DNA of 64,000 nt from Solirubrobacteraceae bacterium (GTDB taxonomy: Bacteria; Actinomycetota; Thermoleophilia; Solirubrobacterales; Solirubrobacteraceae), in the NCBI GenBank assembly GCA_035713465.1, contig DASSZP010000056.1, positions 9,121 to 73,120 of the forward strand, written 5' to 3'. Positions 1 through 9,593 of this stretch are shown here, in pieces (positions within the stretch are counted from its first letter, which is position 1; every line of letters begins with the position of its first letter). The translations under genes and the position numbers were made by a program. The notes under the pieces were generated by a model. That model saw only the letters and a program-made list of their open reading frames with translations, was not told the origin of the DNA and searched no databases.

Positions 1-1
1 C

Positions 2-1198
2 GTGCTCGAGCTGGCCGACCGCGCCTGCGCTCCGGTCGTCGGCTTCGTCTCCTCCGGGGGCGCGCGGATGCAGGAGGGCGTCGCCGCCCTGGGCGGGTAC
101 GGGCGCATCTTCCGCCGGACCGTCGCCCTGTCGGGCCGCGTCCCGCAGATCTCGGTGGTCAGCGGCCTGTCGGCCGGCGGCGGCGCGTACTCGCCCGCCC
201 TGACCGATTGGGTGGTGATGACCGAGGGCGCGAGCATGTTCCTGACCGGCCCCGGCGTCGTGCGCGACGCGCTGGGTGAGGAGGTCACCGCCGAGGAGCT
301 GGGCGGCAACCGCGTGCACAGCCGCAACGGCGTCTGCGCCTTCACCGCCCGCGACGACCTCGATTCCGCCCGGCTGGCCCGCGAGCTGCTCGGCTACCTG
401 CCCAGTCACCGCGGAGCGCCGCCGCCGCTGACTGCGGCCCGCGCCGCGGGCGGCCAGGATCCCGGCGCGCTGGTGCCCGCCGAGAGCCGCCGCGTCTACG
501 ACGTGCGCACGGTGATCGCAGCGCTGGGCGACGGCGGCCAGCTGCTCGAGGTCTCCGCCGGCTGGGCGCGCAACCTCGTCTGCGCCTTCGCGCGCATCGA
601 CGGCCGCCCGGTCGGGGTGATTGCCAACCAGCCCCGCTACCTGGGCGGGGTGCTCGACGCGGCCAGCTCGGAGAAGGGTGCGCGCTTCGTGGACCGCTGC
701 AACGCCTTCGGGGTCCCGCTCGTCGTGCTCGTCGACACCCCCGGCTACATGCCCGGGCGCCGTCAGGAGCAGGCCGCGGTGATCCGCCACGGGGCGAGCC
801 TCGTGCACGCCTTCGCGGCCGCGACCGTGCCGCGCATCACCGTGATCCTGCGCAAGGCGTTCGGTGGTGCCTTCATCGCCATGAACTCCAAGGAGCTCGG
901 CGCCGACTACGTGTTCGCCTGGCCGCAGGCCGAGATCGGCGTGATGGGGGCCCGCCCCGCCGTCGGCGTCATCCACCGCCGCGCGCTGGCCGTGGCCGAG
1001 GATCCCGACGCCGAGCGTGACCGGCTCGCGGCCGAGTACGCCGACGCGCAGCTGCGCCCGCAGGTGGCGGCGGCGGCGGGGGCGATCGACGAGCTCGTCG
1101 CCCCCGCCGACACGCGCGGCCGTCTCGTCTGGGCCCTCGGCTCGCTGTCCGGCCCGCTCACGCCGCCCACCGCGATGGCCTCGCTGAGGAGCATGTAG
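2..1198 (+). CDS. Acyl-CoA carboxylase carboxyltransferase (beta) subunit, 5'-truncated by window edge
   Basis: SSGGARMQEG, GGGAYSPALTD, VIANQP, VDTPGYMPG and AWPQAEIGVMG motifs of the AccD/PccB family. Confidence 0.9.
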   Translation: MLELADRACAPVVGFVSSGGARMQEGVAALGGYGRIFRRTVALSGRVPQISVVSGLSAGGGAYSPALTDWVVMTEGASMFLTGPGVVRDALGEEVTAEELGGNRVHSRNGVCAFTARDDLDSARLARELLGYLPSHRGAPPPLTAARAAGGQDPGALVPAESRRVYDVRTVIAALGDGGQLLEVSAGWARNLVCAFARIDGRPVGVIANQPRYLGGVLDAASSEKGARFVDRCNAFGVPLVVLVDTPGYMPGRRQEQAAVIRHGASLVHAFAAATVPRITVILRKAFGGAFIAMNSKELGADYVFAWPQAEIGVMGARPAVGVIHRRALAVAEDPDAERDRLAAEYADAQLRPQVAAAAGAIDELVAPADTRGRLVWALGSLSGPLTPPTAMASLRSM

Positions 1199-2311
1199 AT
1201 GACCGGCGAGGTGCTGCTCACCGGCGCGACCGGCTTCGTCGGGATGGAGGTCCTGCACCGCTACCTGGAGCGCACGGACCGCACGCTGGTCACGCTCGTC
1301 CGCGCGCAGGACGACGCCGAAGCCCAGGCGCGCATGGACGCCGTGCTCGAGAACCTGTTCGGGCGCGGGGCCGGCCGGCACCGCGGGCGGATCCGGGCCC
1401 ACGCCGCCGAGCTGACCGCCCCCGGCCTCGGCCTGCGCCCCGCGCTGCGCGACGGCCTGGCCGCGCGCGTGGACACGATCGTGCACAGCGCCGCCTCGGT
1501 GTCCTTCGCGCTGCCGCTGCCGCAGGCGCGGGCGATCAACCTCGAGGGGACGCGGCGGATGCTCGAGTTCGCCGCGCGCGCCCGCGATGAGGGCGGTCTG
1601 CGCCGCTACGCGCACATCTCCACCGCCTACGTGGCCGGCACGCATTCCGGCGGCTTTGCCGAGTGTGACCACGACCGCGGCCAGGACTTCCGCAACTCCT
1701 ACGAGCGCTCCAAGTTCGAGGCCGAGGCGCTCGTGCGCGCGGCCGATCTACCGGCCATGATCCTGCGGCCGAGCATCGTCGTCGGGGACCGGCGCAGCGG
1801 CTGGACCTCCGCCTTCAACGTGCTCTACTGGCCGCTGCGCGCGTTTGCCCGCGGGCTGTTCACCGCCGTTCCCGCCGTGCCCAGCGCGCCGGTCGACGTC
1901 GTCTCGGTCGACTACGTCGCCGACGCGATCCACGCCCTGTGCGAAGCCGACGGCGGGGTGGGGGAGACCTACCATCTGACCGCGGGCCCGGAGGCGAGCA
2001 CGATCGGCGAGATCGCCAGCCTGGCCAGCCGTTACTTCCGCCGTCCGATCCCGCGCGTGCTGCCCCCGGCCGAGTTCGCGGCCCTGACCCAGAGCGTCAC
2101 CGCCGGGTCGGCGCTCGACGCCGGTCGGGTCTACTTCCCGTACTTCTCGATCGACACCGTGTTCGAGTCGGCCCTCACCCGCGCCCGCCTTGAGCCCCTG
2201 GGGATCAGCACCTCGCCGCTGCGCGACTACCTGGAACGGCTGCTGGACTTCGCCACCCGGTCGCGCTGGGGCAAGCGGCCGATCGCCCGCTGGAACGCCT
2301 CGGCGGTCTGA
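1199..2311 (+). CDS. Extended SDR / thioester-reductase-like (NAD_binding_4) oxidoreductase
   Basis: TGATGFVG Rossmann motif, HSAASV, HISTAYV, YERSK catalytic YxxxK, RPSIVVG; starts directly after the carboxylase stop. Confidence 0.85.
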   Translation: MTGEVLLTGATGFVGMEVLHRYLERTDRTLVTLVRAQDDAEAQARMDAVLENLFGRGAGRHRGRIRAHAAELTAPGLGLRPALRDGLAARVDTIVHSAASVSFALPLPQARAINLEGTRRMLEFAARARDEGGLRRYAHISTAYVAGTHSGGFAECDHDRGQDFRNSYERSKFEAEALVRAADLPAMILRPSIVVGDRRSGWTSAFNVLYWPLRAFARGLFTAVPAVPSAPVDVVSVDYVADAIHALCEADGGVGETYHLTAGPEASTIGEIASLASRYFRRPIPRVLPPAEFAALTQSVTAGSALDAGRVYFPYFSIDTVFESALTRARLEPLGISTSPLRDYLERLLDFATRSRWGKRPIARWNASAV

Positions 2312-2431
2312 CCCGCGCCCGCGGCGGGTCGCCCGGGGCCGCGGTCCGACCGGTGCCCCTGGCCCCCCACCCGGGGGGTTGTCGGCGCAGCGCGGTTGCC
2401 CGCCACCCGCAGAGCGGGGAAGGTAGCTGGG

Positions 2432-2671
2432 ATGACCGTGCTCGCCGATGTCGCCCGCTTCCGCCCCGATGACCCGGCGGCGCTGGTCGAGGCCAGCCTG
2501 GCCTGCCCGGTCTGCCTGCGCAGCGAGGACATTGAGTGGTCCCCGGCCCTGCAGGGTTACGATCCCTCGGTGCGATGCCGATGCCCGAGCTGCGACGAGC
2601 GGTGGCTGGTCTACCTGGCTCCCGAGCAGGCGCTTCGCCTCGGCCTGATGGCCCCCGCCCACGCGGCCTGA
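2432..2671 (+). CDS. Small Cys-rich putative Zn-ribbon protein (79 aa)
   Basis: ATG 2432; CPVC and CRCPSC Cys clusters; ends just upstream of the kinase gene. Confidence 0.6.
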   Translation: MTVLADVARFRPDDPAALVEASLACPVCLRSEDIEWSPALQGYDPSVRCRCPSCDERWLVYLAPEQALRLGLMAPAHAA

Positions 2672-2678
2672 CGCCGCG

Positions 2679-3917
2679 GTGGGCATGACTGCGGGTGCGG
2701 CCGGGGATGGCCGCGCCGGGCTGGGCATGACTGCGGGTGCGGCCGGGGACGGCCGCGCCGAGCTGGGTATCGAGGCCCTGGAGCTGTTCGTCACCGTCCT
2801 GTCGCAGTCCGAGCCCGACGTGGCCGGCTCGGACTCGTTCTACGACCGGCTGTGCGAGGCGGTGTGCCGTCTGGCCCGGATGCGCCGCGCGGTCATCTTC
2901 CGCTACGACGGCACCCTGCGCCGCGTGCGCGCCGCCGGCGCCCACGGGATGGACGTGGCGCCGTTCGCCGACGCGCACGTGACCGTCGAGTCCGCGCCGA
3001 TCGCCGCCCGCGCGCTGGCCGGGGATGAGGTGGTCGAGATCGACGGCGATCTCACCGGCCAGGTGCCCGACGAGTACGCGGCGATGGTGGCCGAGCCCGC
3101 GCGCCTGGTCTGCGCGCCGATGACCGCGGCGGGCCGGGCGATCGGGGTCATCCTCACCGACCGCGCGATGGACGCTCCGCCGCTGCAGGACGCCGACCGC
3201 TACCTGCTCTGGACGCTCGGCAAGGCGGCCGCGCTGGCCGCCGTGGCGCGGATCTTCGCCAACCAGAACGAGGCGGCCCGCCAGCTCGAGCAGCGGATCG
3301 ATCTGGCCCGCGAGATCCACGAGGGGGTGATCCAGCGGCTGTTCGGCGTGTCCATGGCCCTGGACGGCGACGGCGCGCTCCCCGCCGCGGCGCGGCTGCG
3401 CTGCGCGGCCGAGACGCAGTCTGCGCTCACCGAGCTGCGCCAGGCCCTTCAACGCCCGCTGGGCCGCGCGCCCCGAGCCACCGGCACGACCCTGACCGCT
3501 GAGGTCCACCGGCTGGCCGGAGCGCACCCCGAGCTCGGCCTCGTGCTGGAGGCCGACGGCACCGTGCCGCCGGCGCTCGAGCCGCTGGCCCAGTCGGTCC
3601 TGCGCGAGGCGGTCCGCAACGCCCACAAGCACGCGGCGCCGACGCGCGTGGCCGTGCGGGTCCGCGACGTCGACGGCGCGTTCGTGCTCGAGGTCGTCAA
3701 CGACGGCGTCGGCCCCGAGCGCCGCGCGGCCGGCATGGGCCTGCGGCTGGCCGCCCTGGAGGCCCTGCAGAGCGGCGGGGTGGTCGAGTTCGGAGAACGC
3801 GAGGGCGGGCGGGCGTTGGGTGACCGCGACGGCGGGGAAGAGCCCGGTGAGCAGCAGGGCGAGCGCGAGCGGCTGTGGCAGGTGCGGCTGGTCGTCCCGC
3901 ACGGCGGCGATGGCTGA
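2679..3917 (+). CDS. Cytoplasmic GAF-domain sensor histidine kinase (HisKA_3 type)
   Basis: GAF-like N-terminal half; H-box LAREIHEGVIQRL; N-box EAVRNAHKHA; NDGVG and GMGL ATP-lid motifs; no TM segment evident; start uncertain (2679/2686/2728). Confidence 0.85.
   Translation: MGMTAGAAGDGRAGLGMTAGAAGDGRAELGIEALELFVTVLSQSEPDVAGSDSFYDRLCEAVCRLARMRRAVIFRYDGTLRRVRAAGAHGMDVAPFADAHVTVESAPIAARALAGDEVVEIDGDLTGQVPDEYAAMVAEPARLVCAPMTAAGRAIGVILTDRAMDAPPLQDADRYLLWTLGKAAALAAVARIFANQNEAARQLEQRIDLAREIHEGVIQRLFGVSMALDGDGALPAAARLRCAAETQSALTELRQALQRPLGRAPRATGTTLTAEVHRLAGAHPELGLVLEADGTVPPALEPLAQSVLREAVRNAHKHAAPTRVAVRVRDVDGAFVLEVVNDGVGPERRAAGMGLRLAALEALQSGGVVEFGEREGGRALGDRDGGEEPGEQQGERERLWQVRLVVPHGGDG
2680..2767. 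repeat. 42-bp tandem duplication at the kinase 5' end
   Basis: tgggcatgactgcgggtgcggccgggga(t/c)ggccgcgccg occurs twice, giving GMTAGAAGDGRA twice. Confidence 0.9.
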
Positions 3918-4527
3918 CGCGGCCCGCAGCCCGGACAAGCTCGGCGTGCTCGTCGTCGACGACCACGATGTCGTGCACTGGGGCTTTCGCCTGATGCTCA
4001 CCCAGCAGCCGTGGGTCAAGCGCTGCCTGAGCGCCCACACCGGCCGCGAGGCGCTCGATCTGGCCGTGCGCTACCGCCCGCACGTCGCGCTGGTGGATCT
4101 GTTCATCGGCGAGGAGTCCGGCGCTGAGGTGTGCGAGCGCATCCGCGCCGCCCAGCCCACCACCCGGGTGCTGCTGTTCTCCGGGGCGGGGGAGATCTCG
4201 CCGCGCGCGGCGCAGGCGGCGGGCGCGTCGGGCTTTGCCTACAAGGACTGGCCCGCGCGGCGGATCGCCGGCGCGGTGCGGATGGTCGGACTCGGGGGCA
4301 CCGTGTTCGAGCCCCATGAGACGCCCGGCGCGCTCGGCCTGTCCGATCGCGAGCGGGCCGTGCTCGAGCAGATGGCCTCGGGGCTGACCAACCCCGAGAT
4401 CGGTGAGGCGCTGCACCTGTCCAAGCACACCGTCAAGGAGCACTCAAGCGCCGTGTACCGCAAGCTCGGGGTGCGCAACCGCACCGAGGCGGTGCAGCGG
4501 GCGCAGCGGCTCGGCCTGCTCGGCTGA
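3910..4527 (+). CDS. NarL/LuxR-family response regulator
   Basis: VVDDH receiver start, VALVD phospho-Asp, C-terminal LSDRE...GLTNPEIG...TVKEH LuxR HTH; overlaps the kinase stop. Confidence 0.92.
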   Translation: MADAARSPDKLGVLVVDDHDVVHWGFRLMLTQQPWVKRCLSAHTGREALDLAVRYRPHVALVDLFIGEESGAEVCERIRAAQPTTRVLLFSGAGEISPRAAQAAGASGFAYKDWPARRIAGAVRMVGLGGTVFEPHETPGALGLSDRERAVLEQMASGLTNPEIGEALHLSKHTVKEHSSAVYRKLGVRNRTEAVQRAQRLGLLG

Positions 4528-4569
4528 GCGTGTTCAGAACTTCCGCGGGCGCACCGCGGCTGAGCGTCC

Positions 4570-5883
4570 TCAGGGCTTGAGCGGGCGCACCGCGGGGGAG
4601 CGGCCGTCACGGATCTGCAGCCGGGCCCGCTCGGGTCGGTAGCCGGGTGCGGTGAGCGAGATGGTGAGCACGTTGCCGGCCCGGTAGCGATGGCCGTGCA
4701 GGTGGCGCAGGAGCCGGACGATGGCCCGCTGGCCGCGCGCGGTCATCACCCTCGGCCGCGGGCAGCCGCGCCCGGCGCAGCGGACGCTCATCACCGTGCC
4801 GCCGGGAAAACGCCCGATCCGCAGCTTGGTCAAGCGGGTGCTGCGATGCCGCCAGGTCCAGCTCAGGATCAGCTTGACCCGCAGCGCATGGGTGACGGCC
4901 GGGGGCGCGACGGGGATCGGCGTCGGCACGGCGGTGGTCGTCACCGGCGCCGGCGCGGGAGCGGGAGCGGGCGCCGGCGAGGGGGCGCTGGGGTGGGTCC
5001 GGGACCACGCCTGGTTGGAGCCGCCCAGGCAGGTCCAGATCTGCAGCCGCGTCCCGTTCGCGGTGCCCCGGTCGACCGCGTCCAGGCACAGCCCGCTGGG
5101 CAGCGAGCGGATCGTCCCGTCGGAGTTGACCGACCACTGCTGCGCCGGAGAGTTATCACAGGCGGCGATCACCACCGGGGTTCCGTTCGTGGTGCCGGAC
5201 GCCTGCAGGCAATCCCCGCCGTAGACCTGCAGCTCGTGGTTGACGTGCAGCCACTGCTGCTGAGCGTCGCCGAGGCAGTCGTAGAGCTGCACGGGACTGC
5301 CCGGGGAGATGGCGGCGCCGATCACGTCCACGCAGCGGTTGCTGCCGGCACCGATCAGCGGCGGCCCGCCGTTGGGGTTGGGAGCGCCGACCCACTGCTG
5401 CTGGGGGTCACCCAGGCAGTCCCAGATCTGCAGCTGGGTGCCGTTGCCCGTGCCGCCGCCGACCGCATCCAGGCACCGGCCGGTAGCGGCCGAGCGCAGC
5501 GTGCCGTCGGCCTCCGGGATCCACTTCTGGTTGGCCTTGCCCGTGCACGTCCAGACCTGGACCGGGCTGCCGTTGGCACCCCCGTTGTTGTCGGCCGCGT
5601 CGAGGCAGAGCGTCACCGTGCCGGTGTAGACCTGAAGCTGACCGGCGTTCCAGACCCACGCCTGCTGAGGATCGCCGAGGCAGTCGTAGAGCTGCACGCG
5701 GGCTCCGGGCGTCGTCGAGCCCGCGGTCACGTCCAGGCAGCGGCCGCTGGGCACCCCGACGATCTTCGCGCCGCCATTGGAGGCCGGGGCAGCGCTGGCC
5801 GCGGCGCTGGTGAGGGCCAGTGTGAGCAGCACAAGCGCCGTGAGCGGGACGCCGTGGATCCGGATGGTGCGCGGCACACGCAT
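4570..5883 (-). CDS. Secreted protein with two ricin-B lectin domains, Pro/Thr linker and basic C-terminal domain
   Basis: Signal peptide (LTALVLLTLALTSAAASA); about six CLD...QxW subrepeats; PAPAPAP linker; ATG 5883 chosen as start. Confidence 0.85.
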   Translation of the reverse strand: MRVPRTIRIHGVPLTALVLLTLALTSAAASAAPASNGGAKIVGVPSGRCLDVTAGSTTPGARVQLYDCLGDPQQAWVWNAGQLQVYTGTVTLCLDAADNNGGANGSPVQVWTCTGKANQKWIPEADGTLRSAATGRCLDAVGGGTGNGTQLQIWDCLGDPQQQWVGAPNPNGGPPLIGAGSNRCVDVIGAAISPGSPVQLYDCLGDAQQQWLHVNHELQVYGGDCLQASGTTNGTPVVIAACDNSPAQQWSVNSDGTIRSLPSGLCLDAVDRGTANGTRLQIWTCLGGSNQAWSRTHPSAPSPAPAPAPAPAPVTTTAVPTPIPVAPPAVTHALRVKLILSWTWRHRSTRLTKLRIGRFPGGTVMSVRCAGRGCPRPRVMTARGQRAIVRLLRHLHGHRYRAGNVLTISLTAPGYRPERARLQIRDGRSPAVRPLKP

Positions 5884-5999
5884 CTCCGGGCAGGGTAGCC
5901 ACGGGACCTCGTCAGCAAACGGCAACCTTGGTGCGGATGGCGGCGCCGCGGGGGGAGCAACCCCGCAACCTTGGTGACGGATCGCACGTTGTACCGGGC

Positions 6000-8048
6000 A
6001 TGACCCGTCACCCGCGCACCCTCACCCTCGCGCTTGCCGCCGCGCTGCTGGCCGCGCTCGCCCTGTCGGCCGGCTCGGCGCTGGCCCGCGGCCGGACCGC
6101 GACCAGGACGGCCACCGTGCCGCGGGTCTCCGGCGACGTCAACCACGCCTACGTCGTCCTGCGGCGGCACGGCTTCAAGGTCTCCATCGCCCGGCCCTTC
6201 ACGCTGCGCAACGACGCGGTCACCACCGTCCGCTCCGTGTCCCCGAAAGCGGGGCGGCGCGTGCGGCGCGGCAGCGTGGTCACGCTCACGCTGCGCTGCT
6301 GCGGGCGGCTCGCCCATCCCCCCCGGGTCGGCAGCGCCGACGGCTCGCCCGTGCCGCAGATGAGGGGCGGGACCTTGGCGCAGGTGGCCGGGTGGGCGCA
6401 GAGCCAGCAGCGGCGCTACCGCGCGGCGGTGGGGCCGCTGCGGGCCGGCACGATGGCCACGCTGGCAGCCAACTACGTGGTCACCCGGCAGTCGGTGCCG
6501 GCCGGCGCGGTCCTCCGGGGCGCTGCGGCCCAGGGGCTCAGCGCGCGCCAGGGCCGGCCGGCGGCCTGCACGCCCCCCTACTACGCGAGGACCGTGCTGC
6601 GGGACAGCCAAGCCGTCGTCTGGTCGCTGAGCGGGGCTCCGGGGCAACCAAGCGGCGAGGTCGACTACGCCGGCTGCACCCTGCAGCGCAACGCCGCTCA
6701 CCGTCTGGAACGGACCAACGCCGGGTCGACGTCTGACACCGCGCTGACCAGCCCGGCGCTGGCCGGCACGCGCTTTGCCGCCATCAGCCACAACGGCCCC
6801 AACCAGGCCCTCGCCGGCCCGGGCACCGAGGACATCTTCAGCTGGGACCTGACCAGCGGCCAGCGCACGACGCTCGACAGCCCCGGGGCGACGCCGGTCG
6901 ATCAGCTCACCGTCAACGCCCAGGGCTTCGCGGCCTGGCGGACGATCACCTCACCGGGCAACACGAACACTGCGCTGAGCGGCATCTCCTGTCCGACGGC
7001 CGGCTTCTGCGCCGCCACCGACGTCAAGGGGTCGGTGTTCACCAGCAGCTCGCCGACCGGCGGCCGGGGCGCCTGGACCCAGACGCAGCTGCCGGTCAAC
7101 GCACTCACGGCGGTGAGCTGCCCGAGCGCCGGCCTGTGCGTCGTCGCCGGCAGCGGTGAGCTGCTGGCCAGCATCAATCCGGCCGGCGGAGCCCAGACAT
7201 GGCAGCAGATCGCCGTCCCGGGCAGCTACACGAGCATCGCCTGCGCGTCGGCCACCCTGTGCGTCGCCGTGGGACCCGGCGTGATCGCCACCAGCAGCAA
7301 CCCGTCCAGCCCCTCGGGCTGGACCTCCGGCTCGTCGCCGGAGAACGCGCTGAACGCCGTCAGCTGCCCGTCGAGCACCCTATGCGCGGCGACCGACGGG
7401 AACAGCGGCGATGTGCTGACCAGCACCGATCCGGCCGGCGGCGCATCGACCTGGTCGGCGGCGAAGATCGACAACCGGGGCCTGAACGGGATCGCCTGCG
7501 GCTCGCCGACGTTGTGCGTGACCGGCGACGGCAGTGGTGACATCTTCACCGCCGGCAATCCGTCGGGCGGGGTCACGGCCTGGTCGCTGACCGCCCAGGG
7601 CCAGTGGTCGCCCGGCCCGTTCGCCTGCGCCTCCAACAGCCTGTGCATGGCCGGGATCGGGCAGGGCCTGATCGTGGCCACCAGCCCGACCGGACCGGCC
7701 TCCTCATGGTCGACCGCGTCGTTGCCCAACTCGCTGTATTTCGCCGGCGTGTCCTGTGCCCCCGGGGGCGGCCTGTGTGCCGCCGTGGATCCGAGCGGCA
7801 ACATCGCCACCTCGACCAATCCCGCCGGCGGCACCAACGCCTGGAGCGTGGCCGCGGTCGATGCGCTGCCGTGCGTCGCCTCGGGCGGCTGCGACACGGA
7901 GGCGATCGTGGCCCACGACAGCTCAGGCCTGCGCACCCTGGACACCACCGGCCCCGGCAACGGTCTGCAGCTGCAGCGCCTCACCCTGACCGACGACACG
8001 CTCACCTGGACCAACAACGGCACGGCCCGCACCGCGACGCTCGGATGA
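6000..8048 (+). CDS. Secreted protein with N-terminal PASTA-like domain(s) and seven C-x5/6-C repeats (probable beta-propeller)
   Basis: Signal peptide; VPRVSG...VRSVSPKAG...VVTL PASTA-like pattern; repeats such as SCPTAGFC and SCPSAGLC. Confidence 0.7.
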   Translation: MTRHPRTLTLALAAALLAALALSAGSALARGRTATRTATVPRVSGDVNHAYVVLRRHGFKVSIARPFTLRNDAVTTVRSVSPKAGRRVRRGSVVTLTLRCCGRLAHPPRVGSADGSPVPQMRGGTLAQVAGWAQSQQRRYRAAVGPLRAGTMATLAANYVVTRQSVPAGAVLRGAAAQGLSARQGRPAACTPPYYARTVLRDSQAVVWSLSGAPGQPSGEVDYAGCTLQRNAAHRLERTNAGSTSDTALTSPALAGTRFAAISHNGPNQALAGPGTEDIFSWDLTSGQRTTLDSPGATPVDQLTVNAQGFAAWRTITSPGNTNTALSGISCPTAGFCAATDVKGSVFTSSSPTGGRGAWTQTQLPVNALTAVSCPSAGLCVVAGSGELLASINPAGGAQTWQQIAVPGSYTSIACASATLCVAVGPGVIATSSNPSSPSGWTSGSSPENALNAVSCPSSTLCAATDGNSGDVLTSTDPAGGASTWSAAKIDNRGLNGIACGSPTLCVTGDGSGDIFTAGNPSGGVTAWSLTAQGQWSPGPFACASNSLCMAGIGQGLIVATSPTGPASSWSTASLPNSLYFAGVSCAPGGGLCAAVDPSGNIATSTNPAGGTNAWSVAAVDALPCVASGGCDTEAIVAHDSSGLRTLDTTGPGNGLQLQRLTLTDDTLTWTNNGTARTATLG

Positions 8049-8113
8049 GCCGCCCGGCGGCTCGTCGACGGTCCGCCGTCGGCGCGATAGGCCGCCGCCG
8101 GCGCGATCCCGCG

Positions 8114-9547
8114 CTAGGGCCCGACCTCTGAGCCGTCGCCCGACCACAGGACGTGGAAGGCGCCCTCGCCGTCGATCCGGCGGTAGGTGTGGGCCCCGAA
8201 CAGGTCGCGCAGGCCCTGGATCAGGCTGGCCGGCCCGCGCTCGCGGCGGTAACCGTCGTAGTAGGCCAGCGACGAGGAGAAGGCCGGGGTCGGGATCCCG
8301 AGCTCGGCCGCGCGGGCCACGACCCGGCGCCACGGGTCCTGGGCCTCGGCCAGCGCGGTGGCGAAGAAGTCGGCCATCATCAGGTTGTCCAGCCCGGACT
8401 GCTCGTCAAACGCCTCGCGGATGCGGTCCAGAAAGCGCGCGCGGATGATGCAGCCTCCGCGCCAGATGGTGGCCATCGCACCCAGGTCGATCGTCCACCC
8501 CTCGCTGTCGGCCGCCGCCGCGATCTGGGCGAAGCCCTGCGCGTAGGAGACGATCTTGGACGCATACAGCGCCTGCTCGAGGTCGTCGAGCAGTGACCGG
8601 TCCGAGCCGTCGGCGCTCGGCCCGCGCAGCCGGCCGGAGGCCGCGACCCGCTCGTCCTTCAGTGCGCTCAGCGCGCGGGCGAACACCGCCTCGGTGATGC
8701 CGGTCAGGGGCACGCCGAGCTCGAGCGCGTTCTGGGCCGTCCAGCGGCCGGTGCCCTTCTGCTCGGCGGCGTCGAGGATCACGTCGACCAGCGGCTGCCC
8801 GGTGCGCGCGTCGGTCTTGGCCAGCACGCGGGCGGTGATCTCGATCAAAAAGGATTCGAGCTCACCGTCGTTCCAGGCCCGGAACTGATCGGCGATCTCC
8901 GGCACCTCGAGGCCGGCGCCGTGACGCATCAGGTCATAGGTCTCGGCGATCAGCTGCATGTCGGCGTACTCGATGCCGTTGTGGACCATCTTGACGTAGT
9001 GCCCGGCTCCGTCGGGTCCGACGTAGGTGCAGCACGGGGTGCCGTCGACGTCGGCGGCGATCGCCTCGAAGATCGGCTTGACCGAGGCGTCATAGGGCTC
9101 GCGGTCACCGCCGGGCATGATGCTCGGCCCGTTCAGCGCGCCCTCCTCGCCACCGGACACCCCGGCGCCGATGAAGTGGATGCCCCGTTCGGTGAGCGCG
9201 CGGTGCCGGCGCTGGGTGTCACGGAAGTTCGCGTTGCCGCCGTCGATCAGGATGTCGCCCGGGTCGAGCAGGGGGGCGATGTCATCGAGCACGGCGTCGG
9301 TCGCCGGCCCCGCCTGGACCATGCTCATGACCACGCGCGGCGTGGCCAGAGCGCCGATCCAGGCCTCGGTCGTCTCGTGCCCGGACAGCGGCCCCTCGTT
9401 GCCGTGCTCCTCCATGAAGCGGGTCATCCGGGCCGTGGTGCGGTTGTGGACGGCGACGGGGATGTCGTGATGGGCGACGTTGCGGGCGAGGTTGGCGCCC
9501 ATCGTCGCCAGGCCGGTGAGGCCGAAGTGCGGATCGGAAGTGCTCAT
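8114..9547 (-). CDS. gndA: 6-phosphogluconate dehydrogenase, NADP-dependent
   Basis: GLATMGANLA, GVSGGEEGALNGPSIMPGG, GAGHYVKMVHNGIEY, QKGTGRWT, WRGGCIIRA, RDLFGAHTY. Confidence 0.97.
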   Translation of the reverse strand: MSTSDPHFGLTGLATMGANLARNVAHHDIPVAVHNRTTARMTRFMEEHGNEGPLSGHETTEAWIGALATPRVVMSMVQAGPATDAVLDDIAPLLDPGDILIDGGNANFRDTQRRHRALTERGIHFIGAGVSGGEEGALNGPSIMPGGDREPYDASVKPIFEAIAADVDGTPCCTYVGPDGAGHYVKMVHNGIEYADMQLIAETYDLMRHGAGLEVPEIADQFRAWNDGELESFLIEITARVLAKTDARTGQPLVDVILDAAEQKGTGRWTAQNALELGVPLTGITEAVFARALSALKDERVAASGRLRGPSADGSDRSLLDDLEQALYASKIVSYAQGFAQIAAAADSEGWTIDLGAMATIWRGGCIIRARFLDRIREAFDEQSGLDNLMMADFFATALAEAQDPWRRVVARAAELGIPTPAFSSSLAYYDGYRRERGPASLIQGLRDLFGAHTYRRIDGEGAFHVLWSGDGSEVGP

Positions 9548-9593
9548 GAGCTCAACCTACACGTCACGGCCGGGCGGCTTTAGCGTGTAGGGG

